Both the position numbers and the translations under genes were made by a program. Shown here piece after piece: positions 52,066-60,785 of a DNA stretch of 64,000 nucleotides (its first letter is position 1; every line of letters begins with the position of its first letter). Source of the stretch: an uncultured Oligoflexia bacterium (GTDB taxonomy: Bacteria > Bdellovibrionota > UBA1018 > CAYHWW01); NCBI GenBank assembly GCA_964360145.1, contig CAYHWW010000002.1, positions 3,473-67,472 of the forward strand. Reading direction: 5' to 3'. Below the pieces are notes generated by a model. That model worked only from the letters and a program-made list of their open reading frames with translations. It was not told where the DNA came from and made no database searches.

Positions 52066-53535
52066 TCACCAGTAGGCGTAGGGCATGGGCATCGCATAGG
52101 GAGCGTAGGTCGCCTGGTTGGGGGATGCGCCGTAGAAGTAGGATGCGCCGTAGCCCGTTGAGCCCTCGGAGGCGTCGTTGTACTCGCCGCGTGATGCGTT
52201 CTCGGACCAGTGGCGTTGGGCCATTTGGTCAGCGATGCCGCCGGAGCGTTCGCCGCGACGGCCCACTTCGGCACCGAGGAGGCGGTTGCCATCGAGGTAC
52301 ATGCGGGTGAATGGGCGCTCTTCGGCATTGGCGCGGGTTTCGTGGCGGGCCATTTTGGCGACGTGACCCTTTTGGGCCAGCAGGCGTTCCACTTTCCGGC
52401 GGATTTGGCGGTAGTTGCGTCCATCGCGGTCTGGGTGTTCCGCGGCGAAGGCCAATTGCTCGAAGGCAAGGCGATCCACGGCCATAAGCGCACCGCGGGC
52501 CCCCAGGCGGCGAGCATCAGAGAGAAGGTGCTCGCGAAGGGTCAAGCGACGGCGGTCAAAGCGCACATCATCATCGTTCTCACCGGCTTCCAGATCATCC
52601 TTGATGGCATCAGAAAGTTTCATCAAAGCTTCGCCCACGCGACGCTTGTAGTCTGCGTTGTCTTCAGCGAAGGCCCAGAGCGCGTCACCTTTTTCGGTGG
52701 CCTCGGTCAGGTTATTCACGGCCATGTCCAGGATGCCATCGAACATAGTAGCGAGGCGCTTCTCTTCAAGGCGGTTGGCCACGGTCACCATGCCGGCGAA
52801 ACCACGAAGCTCATTGATGGCGTCAGCATCGCCTTCAGCGGCGCGGGCACAGATGCCTTCAAGCTGAGCCTTCTCTTCACGAGCGGCCTCTTCTGCTGCT
52901 TGGGCCGCGATTTCGGCGGCGCCCGTGTGGTGCACGAGGGTGCGCACGGTTGTGGGAGGCAAGGCTTCGCCGGTGCCGCTGGGGTCCATCTCAGTGCTCG
53001 CCACGCGGTGAACCACATCGCCGCTTTCAGTGAGGGAGTGGGTGGCCACAAGGGGGGCGATTTCGTTCAAGGGAGTACAGTTGCGCTCAGAGGGGTTCAG
53101 GCTCAGCTTGCAAGCGGTGGCGGGATTAGCGCCAAAGCACACCTCAGGGGTGACGACGTTGCCCGCGGCATCAATCTGGTTATGGGCTTCCACATGGAGG
53201 GGGTAGGCGTGGGCTTCAGCATCGTAGATGTTTTCGGTGCCGGGGGCGCCCAGGGTGACATCGATCATGCTCTTACATTCATTGGGAACCCAGCCGCGCA
53301 GGCTCACGAAGCTAGTGCCATCGGGGCGCTGTTCGATGACCGCGCCGAAGCTGCGAACAAAATTTTGTATCTGAGAGGCAGGGATAATGCGCCGGTTGCC
53401 CACTTCAGTTTCTAGTGTGCCAAGGGTGGGAATATCCATCGCCAAACCCACTCGGGGGAGGAATGCCGCGGCGGACGTCAGGGCCACAATGAACTTCAAG
53501 CTTTTGGATTGCATAGATACTCCTCTGGTTCTCAA
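52066..53535 (-). CDS. hypothetical secreted protein (489 aa)
   Basis: Signal peptide (KFIVALTSAAAFLPRVGLA), helical/charged middle, C-terminal Tyr/Ala/Pro-rich tail (YAPYAMPMPYAYW). Confidence 0.5.
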   Translation of the reverse strand: MRTRGVSMQSKSLKFIVALTSAAAFLPRVGLAMDIPTLGTLETEVGNRRIIPASQIQNFVRSFGAVIEQRPDGTSFVSLRGWVPNECKSMIDVTLGAPGTENIYDAEAHAYPLHVEAHNQIDAAGNVVTPEVCFGANPATACKLSLNPSERNCTPLNEIAPLVATHSLTESGDVVHRVASTEMDPSGTGEALPPTTVRTLVHHTGAAEIAAQAAEEAAREEKAQLEGICARAAEGDADAINELRGFAGMVTVANRLEEKRLATMFDGILDMAVNNLTEATEKGDALWAFAEDNADYKRRVGEALMKLSDAIKDDLEAGENDDDVRFDRRRLTLREHLLSDARRLGARGALMAVDRLAFEQLAFAAEHPDRDGRNYRQIRRKVERLLAQKGHVAKMARHETRANAEERPFTRMYLDGNRLLGAEVGRRGERSGGIADQMAQRHWSENASRGEYNDASEGSTGYGASYFYGASPNQATYAPYAMPMPYAYW

Positions 53536-53715
53536 CTCAAAGCTACAAATTGCAATGCCAGGGCCAGGCCTCGATTTGATATTGATTAATAATTTCGACT
53601 AGTTACCGTGGCGACATTCCTCCTCCCCGTCCAAATCCTGACAGGGTGTCTAAAGGAAAGACGGTTTACCCATCCTCGCGGGCAATGTAAGACCCTCTGC
53701 GGAGGGAACAGAATC

Positions 53716-54765
53716 ATGAGACTTTTCGAGAGGATCCGCGCCGAAGGCTACGAACAGGTCGTGTTTTGCCACGACAAAGAAGTGGGCCTCAAGGCCATTG
53801 TGGCGATCCATGATTCTACCCTGGGCCCCGCCGTGGGCGGCTGCCGCATGTATCCTTATGCTTCCGAAGATGCGGCCCTGGAAGACGTGCTCCGTCTTTC
53901 TAAGGGCATGAGTTATAAATCCTCCATCAGTGGTCTCGGTTGGGGTGGCGGTAAAGCCGTCATCATCGGCGATTCAAAAAAAGATAAAACGCCGGGTCTA
54001 CTCCGCCGCTTCGCCCAATTCGTTGACTCCCTGAGCGGTCGTTACATCACCGCCAAAGACGTGGGCATCAGCACGGATGATCTTAAAATCATGCGCGAAG
54101 TGAGCCGCCATGTCCTCGGCATGGATGGAGTGCCCGGTTCCAGTGGCGATCCCTCCGTTTTCACCGGCTGGGGCGTTTATAACGGCATGAAGGCCGCCGC
54201 CGCTCATCTTTGGGGCAGTGACTCTTTGAGGGGCAAGCGCATCGCTGTGCAGGGTTTGGGCAAGGTGAGCACCTATCTCATCACCCACCTGGTGAAAGAG
54301 GGCGCTGAAGTCATTGGTGCCGACGTGGATCGTGACGCCGTGGCCCGGGCCCGGGACGAGTTTGGCGTGAAGATCGTCGATGCCGACCGTATCCTCTTTG
54401 AGGACTGTGACATTCTTTCCCCCAACGCCATGGGCGGCAGCATCACCAAAGACGTGGCGGCTCGCATCAAGTGCAAGATCGTGGCTGGTGGTGCCAACAA
54501 CCAGCTCGCCACCCCGGAAGAGGGCTATGCCCTCATGCAGCGGGGCATCGTTTATGCGCCCGACTACGCCATCAACGCCGGCGGCATCATGAACATCTAC
54601 AATGAAATCGGTGGCTACGACGCGAAGAAGGCTTGGGACCATGTGGCCCAGATCCGTGGCACCGTGGCGCGAATTCTGGAGCGGGCGAAGACGGAGAAGT
54701 TGCCGCCCCACCTCATCGCCGATCGCATGGCCGAGGAGCGCATCGCCAATGGCAAGCGGCGCTGA
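53716..54765 (+). CDS. Glu/Leu/Phe/Val-family amino acid dehydrogenase (leucine dehydrogenase-like)
   Basis: Catalytic Lys region GLGWGGGKAVIIGD, NAD motif GLGKVSTYL; ATG 53716 with GGAGGGA RBS (ORF track 53608). Confidence 0.85.
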   Translation: MRLFERIRAEGYEQVVFCHDKEVGLKAIVAIHDSTLGPAVGGCRMYPYASEDAALEDVLRLSKGMSYKSSISGLGWGGGKAVIIGDSKKDKTPGLLRRFAQFVDSLSGRYITAKDVGISTDDLKIMREVSRHVLGMDGVPGSSGDPSVFTGWGVYNGMKAAAAHLWGSDSLRGKRIAVQGLGKVSTYLITHLVKEGAEVIGADVDRDAVARARDEFGVKIVDADRILFEDCDILSPNAMGGSITKDVAARIKCKIVAGGANNQLATPEEGYALMQRGIVYAPDYAINAGGIMNIYNEIGGYDAKKAWDHVAQIRGTVARILERAKTEKLPPHLIADRMAEERIANGKRR

Positions 54766-55807
54766 TCGGTTCGGCACACATAGAGTAATGGTTCCCCGGG
54801 GTAGCCTGCCGCAGCAGGCACAGAAGCTATCGCCCGCGCTTCCCATCCACGGCAATGAGATGCTCATCGAGGTTGAAGCGCTGAACATTGATTCGGCAAG
54901 CTTCCACCAGATTCGTGAGAGCTGTGGTGGCGACGTGGGGCTCATGGAGCACATGATCCGTGACATCGTGAAAGAGCGGGGCAAGCTGCAGAACCCCGTC
55001 ACTGGCTCCGGTGGCATGCTCATCGGCACCGTGAAAGAGGTGGGCTCGGAGTTTCTCGTGGAGCGTCCGGCATCCGAGCAGGTGGAGGTGGGCGACCGCA
55101 TCGCCACGCTGGTGTCGCTGACTCTGACGCCCCTCGTGATCCGTCGGGTGAAGAAGATCCACCTCGATAAAGACCGGGTGGACATCGAGGGCCACGCTAT
55201 TTTGTTTCAGAGTGGCATTTACAGCAAACTGCCATCGGACATCCCCGATGCGCTGGCACTTGCCATTCTCGACGTGGCGGGCGCCCCGGCCCAGACTCAA
55301 GCTCTATGCAAGCCTGGTCAGACCGTGGTGGTTCTGGGGGGCGCGGGCAAGTCCGGCATCCTTTGTTTATATGAGGCCAAGCGTGCGGTGGGGGCCGGGG
55401 GCCGCGTCATCGGTCTCGACTACAATGAAGCTGCCGCACGGACAATGAAGGGGTTTTCCTTTGTGGATGATGTCGCGGTAAGTGACGCCCGCAACGCCGT
55501 GGCCACCTGGCGCACGGTGAGTGAGCTCACCGGGGGCAAGATGGCCGACGTGGTCATCAACGTCACCAATATCCCCGACACCGAGATGTCCTGCATTCTG
55601 GCAGCTAAGCCCGGGGGGCTGGCGTACTTTTTCAGCATGGCCACGAGCTTTACCAAGGCAGCCCTGGGGGCTGAGGGCGTGGGGGCCCACGTGGAGCTTA
55701 TCATGGGCAACGGATACCGCCCCGGTCATGCCGCGCTTTCCCTCGACATCCTGAGGCAATCGCGGGAGATTCGGGAACTATACGAGCGCAAGTATGGCCC
55801 ATCTTGA
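54749..55807 (+). CDS. kdd: L-erythro-3,5-diaminohexanoate dehydrogenase-like
   Basis: Read as Kdd from length, linkage with kamDE and kce, and a nucleotide-binding-like fold (VVVLGGAGKSGI); exact start uncertain (54749 or 54788). Confidence 0.7.
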   Translation: MASGADRFGTHRVMVPRGSLPQQAQKLSPALPIHGNEMLIEVEALNIDSASFHQIRESCGGDVGLMEHMIRDIVKERGKLQNPVTGSGGMLIGTVKEVGSEFLVERPASEQVEVGDRIATLVSLTLTPLVIRRVKKIHLDKDRVDIEGHAILFQSGIYSKLPSDIPDALALAILDVAGAPAQTQALCKPGQTVVVLGGAGKSGILCLYEAKRAVGAGGRVIGLDYNEAAARTMKGFSFVDDVAVSDARNAVATWRTVSELTGGKMADVVINVTNIPDTEMSCILAAKPGGLAYFFSMATSFTKAALGAEGVGAHVELIMGNGYRPGHAALSLDILRQSREIRELYERKYGPS

Positions 55808-57359
55808 GCTAAAACATCAGACCATCATCGAGTGTCGGCGCTTGGCGAATGAGATCGTCGCCAAGGTGAAGCCCGTTATCGACACACATACTACTGTCAG
55901 CATCGAGCGGGCGTCCCTGCGCCTCATCGGCGTCGAAGGCGCGCTGAGCCGTGAGGGGTTGTCCTACCCACTGGTGAACCACATCGTGGACCAGCTGCGG
56001 GAGGATCGGGCCCTGGCGAGTGGTGCCCTCTACTGGTTTGCCAACGCCATGATGCACACGGGTAAGTCAGTTGAAGACGTGTGCCGTGACATCACCGCGG
56101 GCGAGTTGCGTCTCGGCCAGCAGCCACGATTACCCTTGGCTGAAGTGCGTAAAATCGCCGTCGATCTCTGCCGCAAGGGGCTCGACCGCGTGGCAGCTAA
56201 AAAAGAGCAGCGCAATGTGCTTCGCAAAAAACAGGGCGATCCCTTCGACATGACCTTCCAGGGTAGTCCCCTGATCTATGTCATCGTGGCGACGGGCAAT
56301 ATCTTTGAAGACGTGGCCCAAGGCAAGGCCGCCGCCCGGGCTGGCGCCGAGGCAATCGCCGTCATCCGCAGCACTGCTCAAAGTCTCCTCGACTATGTCC
56401 CCGAGGGCGCGACCACCGAAGGCTTCGGTGGCACCTACGCCACGCAAGAAAACTTTCGCATCATGCGAGCGGCACTGGACGAAGTCGGTGACGAAGTGGG
56501 GCGCTACATCCGCCTCACGAATTATTCCTCCGGGCTTTGCATGTCCGAGATCGCCGCCACGGCGGCGTTGGAGCGCCTGGACTTCCTGTTGAATGACGCC
56601 ATGTACGGCATTCTCTTCCGCGACATCAACATGAAGCGCACTCTCATCGACCAGCACTTCTCGCGTCTCATCATTTCCGCCGCGGATATCGTTATTCATA
56701 CCGGGGAAGATAATTATCTCACCACCGCCGATGCGGTGGAAAATGGCCATCAGGTGCTGGCCTCCCAGTTCATCAATGAACGTTTTGCCGTGAACGCCCA
56801 CATGCGTGAAGAGCAGATGGGCTTGGGCCACGCCGCGGAGATGAACCCCTGGCATCCCAATGTGTTGCTCCTCGAGATTGCCCGGGCGCAGATGACACGG
56901 GATATTTTCCCCAAGGCACCCATTAAGTTCATGCCGCCCACCCGCCACAAGGTCGGCGATATTTTCTTCAGTCACTTGATGGATGCCATGTTCAATCTCG
57001 TGGGATCCCTCACCAACCAGGGCATTCAGCTCCTGGGCATGCCCACCGAGGCCATGCATACGCCTCTGCTCATGGACCGCTGGATGAGTATTAAGAACGC
57101 CAAGTACGTCTTCGGCGCCACGAAAGACCTGGGCAAAGAGATCACTTTCAAAAAAGATGGCGTGATCTCCAAGTGGGCCAATAAAGTATTGGATGACACC
57201 CTGACTCTCCTGCGTCGCATCGAGCGTGACAGCTTATTCAAGGCAATCGAAGAGAAGGCTTTTGCCAACGTGTCCCGCAAACTCGATGGCGGCAAGGGCC
57301 TGGATGGTGTCGTGCTTCGGGACAAAGATTATCTCAACCCTTTCTTTGAGCTCCTATGA
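55794..57359 (+). CDS. kamD: lysine 5,6-aminomutase alpha subunit (PLP-binding)
   Basis: 521 aa; N-terminus HTTVSIERASLRLIGVEGA resembles the KamD sequence as I recall it. Confidence 0.88.
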   Translation: MAHLELKHQTIIECRRLANEIVAKVKPVIDTHTTVSIERASLRLIGVEGALSREGLSYPLVNHIVDQLREDRALASGALYWFANAMMHTGKSVEDVCRDITAGELRLGQQPRLPLAEVRKIAVDLCRKGLDRVAAKKEQRNVLRKKQGDPFDMTFQGSPLIYVIVATGNIFEDVAQGKAAARAGAEAIAVIRSTAQSLLDYVPEGATTEGFGGTYATQENFRIMRAALDEVGDEVGRYIRLTNYSSGLCMSEIAATAALERLDFLLNDAMYGILFRDINMKRTLIDQHFSRLIISAADIVIHTGEDNYLTTADAVENGHQVLASQFINERFAVNAHMREEQMGLGHAAEMNPWHPNVLLLEIARAQMTRDIFPKAPIKFMPPTRHKVGDIFFSHLMDAMFNLVGSLTNQGIQLLGMPTEAMHTPLLMDRWMSIKNAKYVFGATKDLGKEITFKKDGVISKWANKVLDDTLTLLRRIERDSLFKAIEEKAFANVSRKLDGGKGLDGVVLRDKDYLNPFFELL

Positions 57360-58108
57360 AGACGGATCTAAAGGCCCTCAAGCCCTACGGCGACATGATG
57401 GGTGACGGCGTAGTGCAGCTTTCCTTTACGTTGCCCGTGGAGCAAGGGCCCGAAGCCCGAGAGGCCGCCGTGCAGCTGGCTCAGAAGATGGGCCTCGATG
57501 AGGTGAAGATCGCCACCATGGAATCCGCCACCAGCGGCTTCGCCTTTTTTGTCATCTACGGGAAGATGAAGCACACCGTGGATTACACCGCGATCCGGGT
57601 GGTGAAGATCGAGGCGGCAAAGCGTTCACGTGAGGAAATCGACGAGCTCATCAAAGAAAAATTGGGCCGCAAGGTCGTGATCCTCGGCGCCTGCACGGGC
57701 TACGACGCTCACACCGTGGGCATCGATGCTATCTTCAACATGAAAGGCTTCGCCGGTGACTACGGTCTCGAGCGCTACGAGTGGCTGGATGCCCGCAACC
57801 TGGGCGCCCAGGTGCTCAATGAAGAGCTTCTGAAAAAGGCCATTGAGGCCAAGGCCGACGCCATTCTCGTGTCGAAGATTGTCACCCAGCACAACATTCA
57901 CATCACGGATCTGAAGGACCTCCTCGTTAAGGCCGAGCAGATGGGCTTGCGTGACAAGTTGGTGTTTGTGGCCGGCGGCCCTCGCCTCACCCACCAGATC
58001 GCCTTGGAGTGCGGCTTTGATGCGGGCTTTGGCGTGGGCACTAAACCTAGCGAAGTGGCGAGCTACGTTGTGGAAGAAGTTTTGAAGCGCAAAAAGGGTA
58101 GCGACTGA
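57356..58108 (+). CDS. kamE: lysine 5,6-aminomutase beta subunit (B12-binding)
   Basis: About 250 aa; B12-binding Rossmann domain with DxHxxG (GYDAHTVGID). Confidence 0.88.
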   Translation: MKTDLKALKPYGDMMGDGVVQLSFTLPVEQGPEAREAAVQLAQKMGLDEVKIATMESATSGFAFFVIYGKMKHTVDYTAIRVVKIEAAKRSREEIDELIKEKLGRKVVILGACTGYDAHTVGIDAIFNMKGFAGDYGLERYEWLDARNLGAQVLNEELLKKAIEAKADAILVSKIVTQHNIHITDLKDLLVKAEQMGLRDKLVFVAGGPRLTHQIALECGFDAGFGVGTKPSEVASYVVEEVLKRKKGSD

Positions 58109-58998
58109 TGGCGAAGGGCGCTCAAACTCCCCAGCAAATTCTCGCCACGGTCCAGGGCAAGGGTGGCATCATCGGCCGTGGCGAAGAGGTGCGCAGGCTC
58201 GCCCTCATGTTGCTGGCCGGTCGCAATATCCTCATCGAAGGCCCCGTGGGCGCGGGTAAAACCGCTTTGGCACAAGCCGTGGCCCATGCGTTGGGCCGCA
58301 CCGTCATCCGAGTGGACGGCGACTCACGTTTTACGGAGCAGAAACTCACGGGCTGGTTCGACCCCGCCCAAGCTTTGAAAAAAGGCTTCAACGCCAGCAC
58401 CTTCGTCGACGGCCCCCTGGTGGGCGCCATGAAGGCGGGGGCAGTGCTTTTCATCAACGAGTTGAACCGCATGCCCGAGGCGGTGCAGAACGTGCTCCTT
58501 CCCGCCATTGATGAGGGCATTGTGCAGATTCCGCAGCTGGGCCCGGTGCGTGCGAAGCCCGGTTTCCTCCTCATCGCAACTCAGAATCCGCGGGAATTCG
58601 TGGCCACCTCCCATCTGTCCGAAGCCCTCATGGATCGCATGGAGTGGTTGCCGCTCTCTTATCAATCCGCCGAGGAAGAGCGCACCATCGTGGAGACGCT
58701 CTCGGAGTTTTCCGAGAAACCCTACTTGGACATGGTCATCAGTCTCACGCGAATGACGCGTAATCACCCCAAAATCAAGCGTGGTGCTTCGGTGCGGGCG
58801 GCCATAGCCATCGCACGCATTTTGTCCGTCACGTTGACGGTCATGGGCAAAATCACGGATCAGGACTTTCTCGATGCGGTCATGGCGGCGCTGCCCACGC
58901 GCATCGAACTCTTTGGCTCTGAGTCAGAGGGTGGCACGGAAGCCATGGTGAAGAGTCTCGTCTTGGAGCTCATCGAGGAAGTAAAAAAAAAATCTTGA
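58108..58998 (+). CDS. MoxR-family AAA+ ATPase
   Basis: Walker A GPVGAGKTALAQ, Walker B LFINELNRMP, sensor region; about 296 aa typical MoxR size; A10 tract at 3' end. Confidence 0.85.
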   Translation: MAKGAQTPQQILATVQGKGGIIGRGEEVRRLALMLLAGRNILIEGPVGAGKTALAQAVAHALGRTVIRVDGDSRFTEQKLTGWFDPAQALKKGFNASTFVDGPLVGAMKAGAVLFINELNRMPEAVQNVLLPAIDEGIVQIPQLGPVRAKPGFLLIATQNPREFVATSHLSEALMDRMEWLPLSYQSAEEERTIVETLSEFSEKPYLDMVISLTRMTRNHPKIKRGASVRAAIAIARILSVTLTVMGKITDQDFLDAVMAALPTRIELFGSESEGGTEAMVKSLVLELIEEVKKKS

Positions 58999-59936
58999 AT
59001 CCTCCTGAGGATCCGGGCTTCCTCGCCACATTGGAGATCGCCGAGCAGCGCGGCCCCGAAAAAATCGAAGTGCGCTTCCTTTCGCCGGAGTTGCTTGCCG
59101 CTGGCGCTGATGAAGATATTTCGGGCTATGATAAAAAGCCCAACTGGGACGTCGCGGTGCGCTATCAGGACCTGAAGCGTCTCTTGTCGTTGCCCGATGA
59201 GAAGAAAACCAAGCTGAAGGAGCGTGCCGTGCAAGGCATCATTGAGCGGGCCAAGGCGGCCATGGGCTCCGTCATCAAGCCGGAAAAGAAAGAACTTCTG
59301 TCCTGGCAGGAGTTCACGGCCAAGGGAGCCCACGGGGAGCTGGACGTCACGGCCACCCTGGACGAGATGGTGGGGCGCGGCGAGATCCTTGAGTCTCTGC
59401 GTTTCGAGGCCCGGGTGCAGAAGGACCGAGATGTGGTGGTGCTTCTCGATGCCAGTCTCAGCATGACCAGCGACAAGATGGCGCTGCTCGCGGTTGCCAG
59501 CGCGGTGGTCGCTCTTTGCGTGCCCTCCCGTCACCTCTGCCTTGTGTCATTTTCTTCACAGCCCCGCATGGTCAAGCGTTTCGACGAAGAGCTCTCCGTG
59601 AAGACGGTTGTGGAAAGAGTTTTAGAGATTCCCACCCTGGGCCTCACGAACATCGAGGGTGCATTATTGGAGGCACTCAAAATACTCGATCGCGAAGGAC
59701 GCCCCGGCGCCAACGTGATTTTGGTGGGCGATGGTAAGTACACCGAGGGGAAAGACCCATCATATCTCGGGGGGCGCTTCAAAAAACTCCACGCTTTGAA
59801 GCTGGGCCGGGATATCGCCGGTCGGGCGTTGTTGCAGGACCTGGTGCGCCAGGGCAACGGCCGCCTCTTCGAGGTGCGACGCATGCCCGAGCTTCCTCGG
59901 GTCATGTACGGAGCGTTGCGTTCCCTCCTGCGCTAA
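58995..59936 (+). CDS. VWA (von Willebrand factor A) domain protein, MoxR partner
   Basis: VWA fold with MIDAS-like motif (VVVLLDASLSMTSDK), TTG start overlapping the MoxR stop (translational coupling). Confidence 0.7.
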   Translation: MNPPEDPGFLATLEIAEQRGPEKIEVRFLSPELLAAGADEDISGYDKKPNWDVAVRYQDLKRLLSLPDEKKTKLKERAVQGIIERAKAAMGSVIKPEKKELLSWQEFTAKGAHGELDVTATLDEMVGRGEILESLRFEARVQKDRDVVVLLDASLSMTSDKMALLAVASAVVALCVPSRHLCLVSFSSQPRMVKRFDEELSVKTVVERVLEIPTLGLTNIEGALLEALKILDREGRPGANVILVGDGKYTEGKDPSYLGGRFKKLHALKLGRDIAGRALLQDLVRQGNGRLFEVRRMPELPRVMYGALRSLLR

Positions 59937-59969
59937 GTTATTCATGCAAAGGCTCTAAGAGGGGAAATC

Positions 59970-60785
59970 GTGGAAAAGCTCATTATTACTTGCGCCATCA
60001 CGGGTGCGGAGACCATGAAGCAGGCTTGTCCGCCGCTTCCCACTACTCCGGACGAACAGGCTCAAGCTGCCTACGACTGCTGGAAGGCTGGGGCCACGGT
60101 CATTCATCTCCATGTGCGTGACGACCAGGGTAAGCCCACCCCGTCCCTCGCGCGTTTCAAAGAGAGCATCGAAAAAATCCGCGCAAAATGCCCCGTCATC
60201 ATCCAGATTTCAACGGGCGGCGCCGTGGGTGACCCCATGGACCAGCGCATGGCGCCCCTCGCTTTGAAGCCAGAAATGGCGAGCCTTAATACGGGGTCCA
60301 TCAATTTCGGTGACGACGTGTTCATCAACCACCCCAGAGAGGTGGAGGCCCTCGCCGCTAAAATTTACGGACTCGGAATCATGCCCGAGCTCGAGATTTA
60401 TGATTTTGGCATGCTGGAGGCCACCCTGCGCATGTTGAAAAAGGGCATCCTGAAAGAGCCTGCCCATTTTCAATTCGTGCTGGGCACCAGCCACGGCATG
60501 AGCGGCGAGGCGCGAAATCTTTGTCGTCTGGCTGACGCCATCCCCGGTGGCGCATCGTGGGGCGTGGCGGGCATCGGCCGCTACCAGCTGCCCTGCGCCG
60601 CTCAGGCCATCACCATGGGGGGCCATGTGCGGGTGGGCCTGGAGGATAACATCTATTGGTCCAAGGGTGTCGTGGCCCAAAGCAACGCTCAATTGGTTGC
60701 CCGAGTGAAGCAGTTAGCGGATACTTTGCAGCGTCCCGTGGCCACGGTAGAGGAAGCCAGGCAAATCCTGGGTTTGAACAAATGA
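59970..60785 (+). CDS. kce: 3-keto-5-aminohexanoate cleavage enzyme (BKACE/DUF849 family)
   Basis: TIM-barrel BKACE motifs (LIITCAITGAET, ATVIHLHVRD, ISTGG, HVRVGLEDN); GTG start with AAGAGGGGA RBS. Confidence 0.85.
   Translation: MEKLIITCAITGAETMKQACPPLPTTPDEQAQAAYDCWKAGATVIHLHVRDDQGKPTPSLARFKESIEKIRAKCPVIIQISTGGAVGDPMDQRMAPLALKPEMASLNTGSINFGDDVFINHPREVEALAAKIYGLGIMPELEIYDFGMLEATLRMLKKGILKEPAHFQFVLGTSHGMSGEARNLCRLADAIPGGASWGVAGIGRYQLPCAAQAITMGGHVRVGLEDNIYWSKGVVAQSNAQLVARVKQLADTLQRPVATVEEARQILGLNK

Noticed and set aside
55686-55698. GCCCACGTGGAGC as a third parS-like site inside kdd
   Set aside because: Only the CACGTG core plus partial flanks match. The two bona fide sites are perfect 16-mers, so this is most likely chance.
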